Positions 1 to 8,555 of a stretch of 64,000 bases of DNA are shown here, piece by piece (the stretch's first letter is position 1; each line of letters starts with the position of its first letter). The position numbers and the translations under genes were made by a program. This stretch comes from an uncultured Candidatus Saccharibacteria bacterium. Lineage in GTDB: Bacteria; Patescibacteriota; Minisyncoccia; Phycocordibacterales; UBA9973. The DNA is taken from assembly GCA_964473175.1 (NCBI GenBank), contig CAYYNN010000001.1:100603-164602 (forward strand). The letters are read 5' to 3'. The notes under the pieces were generated by a model. It was not told the DNA's origin, made no database searches, and saw only the letters and a program-made list of their open reading frames with translations.

Positions 1-181
1 CTTTTTCTAAAAGTTTTATTTTCTCTTGAAGTTTTTTAATTTTTTGACTTACTTGTACTTCATCACCTTCTTCGGTGCTGTCAATAATATCAACATCATC
101 CATTAATATTTCAGGTTGATCATCTTCTTCGTCAGGCATAATACCCAGCTTCTCGAGTTCAGGGTTTTCATCTTCTTTCAT
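1..181 (-). CDS. grpE: Probable nucleotide exchange factor GrpE, N-terminal part (runs off window start)
   Basis: Hand translation, not in ORF track: MKEDENPELEKLGIMPDEEDDQPEILMDDVDIIDSTEEGDEVQVSQKIKKLQEKIKLLEK. Acidic disordered N-terminus followed by a coiled coil; TATAAT 9 nt upstream of ATG. Confidence 0.6.
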   Translation of the reverse strand, partial: MKEDENPELEKLGIMPDEEDDQPEILMDDVDIIDSTEEGDEVQVSQKIKKLQEKIKLLEK

Positions 182-211
182 ATGGACACTATTATACTGA
201 AAATTGGGAAT

Positions 212-242
212 AAAAAAAGCTCCCGTTTTCGGAAGCTTTTTT
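212..242 (-). terminator. Intrinsic terminator after rpsI
   Basis: aaaaaaagctccc-gttttc-ggaagctttttt hairpin with flanking A/T tracts just past the rpsI stop. Confidence 0.75.
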
Positions 243-245
243 GCT

Positions 246-659
246 TTATCGTTTTGACCACTGTGGCGCTTTGCGGGCCTTTTTGAGACCGAATTTTCGA
301 CGTTCTTTGGCTCGTGGATCACGCTTGAGGAATCCTTCTGCCTTGAGTTTGGTCTTGTCGCCTTCGTCTTCTTTGACCAAACCTCGAGAGATACCGTGTC
401 TCACTGCTTCGGCTTGTGAGTGGATACCAGAACCTTTGACGAGTACGGTCACTGCATATGCTTTCTCAGCAACTTTGAATGGATCGGTGACGATCTTTTG
501 GAGTTCTGCTGTAGGGAAATAGATTTCTAATGCAAGGTCGTTGATGACATAACTTGCCTTTGCTGTAGGTGTGATGCGTACACGAGCAGTTGCAGTCTTG
601 CGACGTCCAATCGTTTCGATGTATCTCTTTGATGTTGTGGTCTTTGGAGTAGTTGCCAT
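246..659 (-). CDS. rpsI: 30S ribosomal protein S9
   Basis: GRRKTATARV and C-terminal RKFGLKKARKAPQWSKR. Confidence 0.98.
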   Translation of the reverse strand: MATTPKTTTSKRYIETIGRRKTATARVRITPTAKASYVINDLALEIYFPTAELQKIVTDPFKVAEKAYAVTVLVKGSGIHSQAEAVRHGISRGLVKEDEGDKTKLKAEGFLKRDPRAKERRKFGLKKARKAPQWSKR

Positions 660-663
660 AAAT

Positions 664-1008
664 TTATTCGGTAATAGTTAAATGCTTCATTACGTCACTA
701 CGAAGTCTGTTGCTTGGAATCATCCCCTTGATCGCAACAGCAAGTACTTCTTTGAATCCTTTCTTGTCTGTAACGTGCCGCATAGTGTTCTGCTTGAGAC
801 CACCTGGATATCCTGAAAAAGAGTTGTATGTTTTTTCAAGCATTTTGCGTGGGTCAACTTTGAGCTTACTTGCGTTAGTGATAGTCACTGTGTTTGTAGA
901 AACGGTATTACGCGCAAAGGTAACTTCATTTTTGCCGAGCAAAATAGCAGCAGCTTCTGAAGCGAGACGACCGAGAGATTTGTTTGTAGCGTCGATTGTG
1001 TAGTTCAT
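664..1008 (-). CDS. rplM: 50S ribosomal protein L13 (short form)
   Basis: IDATNKSLGRLAS, SGYPGGLK, KGMIP motifs; start reassigned to MNYTID at 1008. Confidence 0.95.
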   Translation of the reverse strand: MNYTIDATNKSLGRLASEAAAILLGKNEVTFARNTVSTNTVTITNASKLKVDPRKMLEKTYNSFSGYPGGLKQNTMRHVTDKKGFKEVLAVAIKGMIPSNRLRSDVMKHLTITE

Positions 1009-1015
1009 AAAAAGG

Positions 1016-1369
1016 TTATACAAATTCAATAACAGCCATTGGAGATCCGTCACTTTTGCGAGAAACAAGCTTGGTGATACGAGTGTATCCTCCAGGACGT
1101 TCTGCATATTTGGGTGCGAGATCATCGATGAGTCGAGTAACAACAAGTTCGTTGTTGTAGAGACCTGATAGGAGGAGGCGGCGATTTGCAAGAGTAGGAT
1201 TCTTGGCCTTGGTAACCATCTTTTCTACTGTTGGACGAATTTCTTTTGCTTTTGCCTCAGTTGTTAAAATACGACCGTGAGAAATAAGAGATGCAGCAAG
1301 ACCACGTATGAGCGCGATGCGTGCATTTTTCTCTCGACCAAATTTTCTTACATTATTTGCGTGTCGCAT
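1016..1369 (-). CDS. rplQ: 50S ribosomal protein L17
   Basis: MRH..RKFGR, TTEAKAKE, RPGGYTRI. Confidence 0.98.
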   Translation of the reverse strand: MRHANNVRKFGREKNARIALIRGLAASLISHGRILTTEAKAKEIRPTVEKMVTKAKNPTLANRRLLLSGLYNNELVVTRLIDDLAPKYAERPGGYTRITKLVSRKSDGSPMAVIEFV

Positions 1370-1389
1370 AGGTACCTCTTTATACTCTA

Positions 1390-2397
1390 TTAATCCTTCA
1401 AAGACAAGTCAAAAGCAGAAAGCGCTTCCTTGATCTCAGTAATACCCTTGTCGCCGATACCATCGATTTCAAGAAGATCAGCAACGTGCTTGCGCGCAAT
1501 ACCTCCTACAGTACGGATATTTGCTGCTGAGAGCGCGTTGAGTGTTCGAGTTGATAGCCCAATAGAGTCGATGCGGTTTTTGAGCACATCAGTGACATCT
1601 ACGTCTGAATCATCACCTTCTGCTGCACCTGATCCACTTTCAGTTGATTCTGATATCATTGGAGTTTTGCTTGCCATACGTGACTGAACTTCTTCAATTA
1701 TGTCTTGTGAAGATACTGATACGATAGCTGCGAGTTGTTCGATCATTGTCTTTACAGATTGTTCAAGTGCTTCTCGTGGAGATACTGTACCGTCGGTTTC
1801 AATAGTCAAACGTAGACGGTTGAAGTTGGTCTTGTCGCCAACACGCATTTCTTCTACGTCATAACTAACACGTCGAATAGGTGAGAATATTGCATCAAGA
1901 AAAATAGTGCCAATATCAGCCTTTTGTTTATGGTGTTGATCACGAGGAACAAAACCAAGACCACGCTCAATAGTGATTTCGATATTCAAGGTTGTCTTGC
2001 CGGTAATTTCACAGATGTATTGCTCAGGGTTTGCAACTGAAACTGCGCCTTTTGCTGAAATATCTTCTGCGGTAACAACCTTTGGTCCTTTTACAGAAAG
2101 TGTTACTTTTTGTGGTTCGTCTGTAGTAAGTGCAAAACGAACATTCTTGAGGTTCAAAAGAATAGTTATGACGTCTTCTTTGACACCTTCCATAGTAGCG
2201 AATTCGTGACTAACTCCGTCAATTTTAACTGCGGTAATAGCAGCTCCTGTTAACGAGGAGAGGATAATACGTCGGAGAGAGTTACCAAGAGTGTACCCGT
2301 AACCTGGTACAAGACCGTCGATTTCGAAAACGCCTTTACTACCCTCTTCGAAGGTTGCCTTTGGCTTGGATGGGAGGATTATGTTTTGTTCACTCAT
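1390..2397 (-). CDS. rpoA: RNA polymerase subunit alpha
   Basis: GYGYTLGNSLRRIILSS, HEF..GVKED, DAIFSPIRRV, alpha-CTD LSTRTLNAL; start MSEQ at 2397. Confidence 0.97.
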   Translation of the reverse strand: MSEQNIILPSKPKATFEEGSKGVFEIDGLVPGYGYTLGNSLRRIILSSLTGAAITAVKIDGVSHEFATMEGVKEDVITILLNLKNVRFALTTDEPQKVTLSVKGPKVVTAEDISAKGAVSVANPEQYICEITGKTTLNIEITIERGLGFVPRDQHHKQKADIGTIFLDAIFSPIRRVSYDVEEMRVGDKTNFNRLRLTIETDGTVSPREALEQSVKTMIEQLAAIVSVSSQDIIEEVQSRMASKTPMISESTESGSGAAEGDDSDVDVTDVLKNRIDSIGLSTRTLNALSAANIRTVGGIARKHVADLLEIDGIGDKGITEIKEALSAFDLSLKD

Positions 2398-2457
2398 ATG
2401 AAAATCAATTGTACCATTAACTTGTAATTTCTCCAACTTTGTGTCCTAACGTCGGGA

Positions 2458-3063
2458 CTAACGACTGTAGAACTCAAGAACTGTTTCCAGTTGCAAGAAC
2501 TGTTCGTCATTTTTGGGCTTCGCCACAACTTCAGCTTGCATATTTTCAGGTGCAAACTTAAGCCATGTCGGCCATGCACTTGACTGAGCATTTTTGACCA
2601 CTTCTGCAAAAATAACACTTTTCTTTGATCCTTCTCGAACGGCGATCACATCCCCTATTTTCACTTCAAGTGAAGGGATAGTGACCTTGGTACCATTAAC
2701 CGTGAAGTGACCATGTGAGGCGAGTTGTCGAGCAAAACGACGAGTAGTCGTGAAGCCAAGGCGATAAATAACGTTATCGAGGCGAGTTTCAAGGAGTTCG
2801 TATAGCTTGTCAGTTACCGGCATACCCTTAACAGTACCTGCCTTTTCTACATAGTTTCCAAGTTGGCGCTCTGAAACACCATATGAAAAACGAACCTTTT
2901 GCTTTTCAATAAGCTGACGTCCGTAGTCAGAGAGTTGTTTTGGACGTTTTCCAGAAGTCTTACTCTTTTTCATTTCTGATTGAGTATATTTTTGAGTCTG
3001 GCATTTTTCAAAAACCCCAGATCCCAAACGACGACACATTTTGTATTTTGCTCTTGTTTCCAT
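2458..3063 (-). CDS. rpsD: 30S ribosomal protein S4
   Basis: SDYGRQLIEKQK, LETRLDNVIYRLG, VLEFYSR; start METR at 3063. Confidence 0.97.
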   Translation of the reverse strand: METRAKYKMCRRLGSGVFEKCQTQKYTQSEMKKSKTSGKRPKQLSDYGRQLIEKQKVRFSYGVSERQLGNYVEKAGTVKGMPVTDKLYELLETRLDNVIYRLGFTTTRRFARQLASHGHFTVNGTKVTIPSLEVKIGDVIAVREGSKKSVIFAEVVKNAQSSAWPTWLKFAPENMQAEVVAKPKNDEQFLQLETVLEFYSR

Positions 3064-3067
3064 ATGA

Positions 3068-3499
3068 TTATACTCTTCGTGGCTTCTTAGCCTTCGGTCC
3101 ATTATGTGGCACAGGTGTGCGATCCTTGATAGACAAAAGTTCAATACCACCTCCGATAAATGCTCTGATTAACGGTTCTCGTCCACTTCCAACACCTTTT
3201 ACGACAACAGTAGTTTCCTTGATACCTGCTGCCATTGCCTTTTCGGCAAGGGTTTCTCCTACTTTTGATGCAGCAAATGGGGTTCCCTTTTTTGCACCCT
3301 TGAAACCAAGAGATCCTGATGAAGACCAGAAAAGGACATTCCCTTTGAGATCACTGACGACTGCCTTTGTATTGTTAAATGTTGCCTCGATGGAAAGCAT
3401 AGACGTAAGGATCTTCTTCTTGGCTGCTCGTGTCGAAGGAGCGCGGCCTCGGCCGTCAACAATTTGTCCTTCTTGGTTTGTGATTCTTTTCTTTCCCAT
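3068..3499 (-). CDS. rpsK: 30S ribosomal protein S11
   Basis: ATFNNT, GFKGAKKGTPFAA, DRTPVPHNG. Confidence 0.98.
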   Translation of the reverse strand: MGKKRITNQEGQIVDGRGRAPSTRAAKKKILTSMLSIEATFNNTKAVVSDLKGNVLFWSSSGSLGFKGAKKGTPFAASKVGETLAEKAMAAGIKETTVVVKGVGSGREPLIRAFIGGGIELLSIKDRTPVPHNGPKAKKPRRV

Positions 3500-3520
3500 A
3501 GGTCTAATATTATTGGATGA

Positions 3521-3901
3521 TTATGTTTTACTTTCTTTACGTCGGCCACTTCCCATCGTATTTCGAACATTTCCGCGAACTGTACGAGAGTTGGTTTTAG
3601 TGCGCTGTCCGTTTACCGGAAGGCGTCTCATGTGGCGAATACCACGGTATGCCTTAATATCCTTGAGACGTTTTACGTTTCCAGCAATCTCACGCTTGAG
3701 GTTCCCTTCAATAGTTCGCTCTTCGATGAGCTTACGGATATCGTTTTCTTGGTCAATAGAAATAGCAGTAGGCTTTGTTTCTGGTGCAACGCCCACTTTT
3801 GCAAGTATTTTAGTTGCTGTAGCTGTACCAATACCAAAAAGAGTCGTAAGGCCGATATCGAGACGCTTTTCATTGGGGATGTTGATTCCGAGGATACGCA
3901 T
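3521..3901 (-). CDS. rpsM: 30S ribosomal protein S13
   Basis: RILGINIP, YRGIRH..LPVNGQRTKTNSRT. Confidence 0.98.
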   Translation of the reverse strand: MRILGINIPNEKRLDIGLTTLFGIGTATATKILAKVGVAPETKPTAISIDQENDIRKLIEERTIEGNLKREIAGNVKRLKDIKAYRGIRHMRRLPVNGQRTKTNSRTVRGNVRNTMGSGRRKESKT

Positions 3902-3903
3902 GA

Positions 3904-4014
3904 TTATTGTTTTTGTTTATGTTTTGGGTTATCACAAATCACATGCAAATGGCGATTGCGTTTTACAATCTTGCACTTGTCACACATTTTTTTGACTGTT
4001 GATCGGATTTTCAT
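3904..4014 (-). CDS. rpmJ: 50S ribosomal protein L36 (Zn-ribbon type)
   Basis: Too short for ORF track; translates [36 protein letters not shown], at the canonical position between infA and rpsM. Confidence 0.97.
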   Translation of the reverse strand: MKIRSTVKKMCDKCKIVKRNRHLHVICDNPKHKQKQ

Positions 4015-4074
4015 GTTTATAAAACTTTGATATACACTGCTCCCAAAATTTGTAGCTGGCAGAGTATACACTAT

Positions 4075-4284
4075 CTATGAACGTCTGACAATACGCCCTT
4101 TTCCACCGTAGGGGTCTATGACCACATCGACGGTATCACCAATCAAAACTTTGATGCGGTGAAGGCGCATTTTACCCGCCAAGTATGCAACAATAACATC
4201 CCCGCTTTCAAGCGTCACTCGAAACATTGTGTTCGGAAGTGCTTCTGATACGGTTGCTTTTACTGCTTCTTGAGGGGTTGCCAT
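4075..4284 (-). CDS. infA: Translation initiation factor IF-1
   Basis: EALPNTMFRV, AYLAGKMR..IKVLIGD. Confidence 0.97.
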   Translation of the reverse strand: MATPQEAVKATVSEALPNTMFRVTLESGDVIVAYLAGKMRLHRIKVLIGDTVDVVIDPYGGKGRIVRRS

Positions 4285-4299
4285 GTAATACGGAAGTTA

Positions 4300-4328
4300 A
4301 TAGTACTACGGTTTTTTGTGTGGGTCAA
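4300..4328 (-). promoter_or_regulatory. Sigma70-type promoter of infA/alpha cluster
   Basis: TTGACC-17 nt-TACTAT on minus strand upstream of infA. Confidence 0.6.
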
Positions 4329-4341
4329 ATACCACTCTTTC

Positions 4342-5598
4342 TTATTGCACTTCGACAGTAATCCTTTTGTCTGTATTGGGGAATAGTGGCGCCCAAAATG
4401 GGTAGAAATGGTAGTTTGCCTTATCAACTTCTGGAATACCGCCCAGAATTGAACTGAAGTTTTTCTTTGGTGAACCAACCAAGGATTCCTGTATCGAAAA
4501 TATTGAAGCTTTAGTAATAATGGTACCCGTTCCAGAAATCTTAACTCTAATGGTATCAGGTGCATTTGTAGTATCTGTAGAAAGGGCCGTAACAGGAGTC
4601 ACTGTCAATGCAGTGATATCAGGAATACTGACATCAGGGTATGAATGGTCACTAAGAACATGACTTGCAATAGCACTCTCGAGCATGTCTGTCTTGATCA
4701 GATATGTAACCATTGTACCTTTGATAGTAGCTGGAAACTTAATACCTTCCCCTCGTAATTTCATAGAACTACTATCGATCGTTGTGACTTGTAGGTCTGG
4801 AAACGTAATAAGATCTACTGGTATTTGCGCTCTTGTTTCTCTTTTGAGTCGCTCTATGAGTTGAGACTGCAAAGAAGCAATAACATCTGGTTGATCAACA
4901 AGGGCCACACTGTGCAAAAGACCGTCTTCACCTCCAGTTATAGCGCCAGCTGACTGTGCGTAGAACGTTTTACCAAATCCTGCAACAGTAAAACTTGTAC
5001 CATCTGTGTTATATGCAGGCCCTACCCCACTAGCTACCACAGGTACCGATGTTGAGGTGCCTGCTGTTTTGATTTTGTTTTTCAGGGTGTAGCCTGGAAC
5101 AGTAGCCGATGCTGTTGTGTGGTATTTCTTACCTTCTTTTGAGGTGATTGTTGTTTTTGCTTTTATTGTCTGCGTTTTTGTACTGTATTCATTAAAAAAA
5201 ACAACTTTGCCGGTAGCAGCGCTCGTACTTGGGTCGATCTGAGAACCATATACTTGTCGAGAAACTTCCGTAGGAACAACCATTGTTTGAAATGATAGTC
5301 GTCCAGCATTTTCTTGACCTTCATGAACAAGTTCGAACTCAGCTCCATCGAGCGTAAACGGGATACGTCGTTCGTTGACGATAACTTTTGCATAAACAAC
5401 CTTCATTCCAACAATATATAGCAGTGCAAAAAATGCTATTGCGCATGCGATAACAAAAATTTTACGCCAACTAATACGGGTATGCTGTTTAAAGCGTTTT
5501 GGTGGCTCTACCTTTGTGGGAACTTGAGGAGCAACAGGAGCCTCTTCAAGCTCTGTATCTTTTCTTCCTTCTTTTCGAATAACATCATAGAGCTTCAT
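4342..5598 (-). CDS. Membrane-anchored protein with baseplate-J-like beta-rich domain
   Basis: One N-terminal TM helix, then ATGKVVFFN, TVPG, GPAYN and ITGG motifs resembling baseplate J/gp47-like CPR proteins. Confidence 0.55.
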   Translation of the reverse strand: MKLYDVIRKEGRKDTELEEAPVAPQVPTKVEPPKRFKQHTRISWRKIFVIACAIAFFALLYIVGMKVVYAKVIVNERRIPFTLDGAEFELVHEGQENAGRLSFQTMVVPTEVSRQVYGSQIDPSTSAATGKVVFFNEYSTKTQTIKAKTTITSKEGKKYHTTASATVPGYTLKNKIKTAGTSTSVPVVASGVGPAYNTDGTSFTVAGFGKTFYAQSAGAITGGEDGLLHSVALVDQPDVIASLQSQLIERLKRETRAQIPVDLITFPDLQVTTIDSSSMKLRGEGIKFPATIKGTMVTYLIKTDMLESAIASHVLSDHSYPDVSIPDITALTVTPVTALSTDTTNAPDTIRVKISGTGTIITKASIFSIQESLVGSPKKNFSSILGGIPEVDKANYHFYPFWAPLFPNTDKRITVEVQ

Positions 5599-5605
5599 AT
5601 CATGA

Positions 5606-6766
5606 TTATATCAAACGTTCCACAAAAAGCGCCCCTATTGCAAGCGGTATATCTAACTTTGCTTCATGCGAAATACCAATAGCATGCGCAACTATTGATT
5701 CTTCGACAAATGTTGCCTTTACCTGTCCTCTTGCACAACTATGCTCTATATATGGATCAGTGGTAACAATAGTTGTCAGTAGGGACTGAAACCGCTGATC
5801 AGCAACAATCAACACTCTCTCGGGCATACAAAACCCATACTTTCCATTCTCAAGTACGTGCCTAAACCCAGATTGCCATGTATCGGTATACGTAGTAATT
5901 GCTTTTCCAATCTGTGTGCCCGCTGCTTTTGATAATTTGCCCAGACGATACGATTCCAATAAGGCTATTGCTTCTGGTGCACTATGATTTCCTTGTTCAA
6001 TAAGTGCCCTGTAGAGTCCATATGTGCCTACAGGAAATGAATGTTGATATAACAATGTTCCACCTTTTACAAAAGAAACATCAGTTATTTCTTCTCCCAC
6101 ATCGACGACAACACACTCTTCGTTTACTGGAAGCGTGTCACGCATAGCAATGAATGTCGTGAATGGACTTGTTGTAAAACCGATTTTACGAGTTCCATAT
6201 GCTCGCTTGAGTGTATCAGAGAACACATCTAACACCTGTTTTGGTGCAATAGTAATAGTGAGTGCGAATTCTAATGAAAGAGTCTTTTTACCAAAAGGTG
6301 CATCGGTTACGTATCCATTTAGTTTGATAGCAGAGAGTTGTTTCTCGACGATTATTGATTCTTTTCCATATACCCCAAACGGTCCTGTCTGTTCGGTAAA
6401 AATATGTTTGATTTCAGTATCTATGAGCGTGTCCACCAGTTTTTGTGTGCAGGTAAACGGACTTGTCTTTTTATACACAATAGTCCTTGTTTGTGAGGTA
6501 TACCACGGAGATGCAAGTACTACTTGAATAAATGACGGCTGATGAACGTCCAGTGATCGTACCTTTGCAACAACTTCTTGTAAGTTTTTGGTCGTTGCTT
6601 CAACAAAACGTTTGATGTCGATATCCTCATGTAACCCGGAGTCCATACGAACTGACGCAAGAAAAAGTGACTTTGCTGCATGTTTTTTTAATACATGCGC
6701 GCCTGCGACTGAGCTTGAGGAGATATCATAAATTGCAAACACGTCATCGTGTGCTTTGTGCGACAT
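5606..6766 (-). CDS. FtsA/PilM-like actin-fold protein
   Basis: Phosphate-1-like YDISSSSV, phosphate-2-like VDVGEEITDVS, and SFPVG motif. Confidence 0.65.
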   Translation of the reverse strand: MSHKAHDDVFAIYDISSSSVAGAHVLKKHAAKSLFLASVRMDSGLHEDIDIKRFVEATTKNLQEVVAKVRSLDVHQPSFIQVVLASPWYTSQTRTIVYKKTSPFTCTQKLVDTLIDTEIKHIFTEQTGPFGVYGKESIIVEKQLSAIKLNGYVTDAPFGKKTLSLEFALTITIAPKQVLDVFSDTLKRAYGTRKIGFTTSPFTTFIAMRDTLPVNEECVVVDVGEEITDVSFVKGGTLLYQHSFPVGTYGLYRALIEQGNHSAPEAIALLESYRLGKLSKAAGTQIGKAITTYTDTWQSGFRHVLENGKYGFCMPERVLIVADQRFQSLLTTIVTTDPYIEHSCARGQVKATFVEESIVAHAIGISHEAKLDIPLAIGALFVERLI

Positions 6767-6809
6767 ACATAAAGTATATCATGTATATACTCACATTGAT
6801 GTGTGAATA

Positions 6810-8546
6810 TTATGAAAGCGTTGCCTTGATACGTCTCACGCCCGCACTTGATGCTTCTTCTTTTTGTATTTTGAAATGACCAAGCTCTCCAGTATGAGTG
6901 ACATGCGGTCCACCGCAAAATTCTTGGGAGAATACTTTGTCAGCATTGTCGTGAATCATATACACAGACACAATGTCTGGATACTTGGTGCCAAATTCCA
7001 TCTCAGCACCGAGTGCTTCGGCGTCCGCTCTTGGCATTTCGCGGCGAGTGACTTGTAAGTCTTCTGCGATCTTTTCATTAACCAAGTCTTCTACTTTTTG
7101 CTTTTCTTCATCAGTGAGTTTGCGGTCAAAGTTGAAGTCAATACGCAGACGCTCTTCGGTGATGTTGCTTCCCTTTTGGTGAATGTCAGCAGAGACGACT
7201 TCTTGGAGCGCCTTGAGGAGCAAGTGATGAGCAGTATGCAGTTTGGTCGTTGTATCTGATGTGTTCGCAAGGCCGCCTTTGAACTTCTGTTCACTACCAG
7301 AGCGAGAAAGGTCTTGGTGTGCTTTCATTTCAGAATCAAATTTTGCACGGTCAATAGTCATGCCTTTTTCTTGAGCCAATTCTTGTGTGAGTTCTATCGG
7401 GAATCCGTAGGTAGTTGCGAGAACAAATGGATCAGCACCTTTTGCAAATTCCTTGAGACCGGATTCAAGAGTTTTTGAAAACTTGTCTATTTCCTTTATA
7501 AAAATAATTGGAATTTCTGTATGTTGTATTTCTGGATACTGTGTCCAATAGTGTTTCTGATACAAAACGGGAAGCGATTCAAATGTAGCAGCTCGCAAAC
7601 CAATCTTTTTGGACTGCATTACCGCACGACGAATCAAACGGCGTAAAATATATCCTTGATCTTTACTGCCTGGAAATACACCATCAGCAATAAGGAACAC
7701 AGCTGTTCGCACATGATCTGCAATAATACGCGCACTTCGTTCATTTGGAAGTGTCGAACCTTGTGCAATATCGCTCATAATAGACGCAAACATGTCTGAT
7801 TCATAGACAGTGGACTTCCCCTGCACTATCATAGCGATGCGCTCAAGACCTGAGCCGGTGTCTACATTCTTTTGTGACAGCTTACCAATGACTTTGTCAT
7901 CGCGCTTTTCATACTCCATGAACACATCGTTCCAAATCTCAACAACGTGCCCTGCATCGTCAGCTGCAACGTATTGGTCATGTGTCATGTCACCGAGCGT
8001 ACCGGTAACGTCGTAGAACATCTCGGTATCTGGCCCACACGGACCATTGTCTCCCGGACTCCACCAGTTGTTTGCTTTTGGGAGAAAGTATATTCGATTC
8101 TCTGGGATATATTGCTTCCATATCTCGACGGCTTCCATATCTCGTGGCGCATCATCGTCTCCTTCAAACACGGTGACGTAGAGACGGCTCGGATCAAGCC
8201 CAAGTCCTTCATCTTTGCTTGTGAGGAATTCAAAAGACCATTTGATTGCGTCTTCTTTGAAATAGTCTCCGAGCGACCAGTTCCCCAGCATTTCAAAAAA
8301 TGTGAGGTTTTTGTGGTTGCCCACTTCTTCGATATCTCCCGTACGCACACACTTCTGACAGCTCGCGAGACGTACTCCTTGCGGATGCTTTTCACCCATC
8401 AGATACGGTACGAGTGGTTGCATACCTGCGGTATTGAAAAGTACTGATGGGTCGTTCTGAGGCACGAGTGATGCGGACGGCAAAATAGCGTGTCCGCGTT
8501 TTGCGAAGAAATCGAGGAATCGTTGTCTGATTTGAGCTGAGGTCAT
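6810..8546 (-). CDS. alaS: Alanine-tRNA ligase (578 aa, no C-Ala domain)
   Basis: LFNTAGMQP, TFFEMLGNWS, DTGSGLER, editing motifs HTAHH and CGGPH. Confidence 0.97.
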   Translation of the reverse strand: MTSAQIRQRFLDFFAKRGHAILPSASLVPQNDPSVLFNTAGMQPLVPYLMGEKHPQGVRLASCQKCVRTGDIEEVGNHKNLTFFEMLGNWSLGDYFKEDAIKWSFEFLTSKDEGLGLDPSRLYVTVFEGDDDAPRDMEAVEIWKQYIPENRIYFLPKANNWWSPGDNGPCGPDTEMFYDVTGTLGDMTHDQYVAADDAGHVVEIWNDVFMEYEKRDDKVIGKLSQKNVDTGSGLERIAMIVQGKSTVYESDMFASIMSDIAQGSTLPNERSARIIADHVRTAVFLIADGVFPGSKDQGYILRRLIRRAVMQSKKIGLRAATFESLPVLYQKHYWTQYPEIQHTEIPIIFIKEIDKFSKTLESGLKEFAKGADPFVLATTYGFPIELTQELAQEKGMTIDRAKFDSEMKAHQDLSRSGSEQKFKGGLANTSDTTTKLHTAHHLLLKALQEVVSADIHQKGSNITEERLRIDFNFDRKLTDEEKQKVEDLVNEKIAEDLQVTRREMPRADAEALGAEMEFGTKYPDIVSVYMIHDNADKVFSQEFCGGPHVTHTGELGHFKIQKEEASSAGVRRIKATLS

Positions 8547-8555
8547 GTAATTACT

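Noticed and set aside
2940-3995. 351-aa plus-strand ORF
   Set aside because: Antisense shadow of rpsK/rpsM/rpmJ with no protein motifs
4342-5598. Prophage tail or contractile injection system
   Set aside because: Single membrane-anchored baseplate-J-like gene; no sheath, tube, spike or other structural genes nearby
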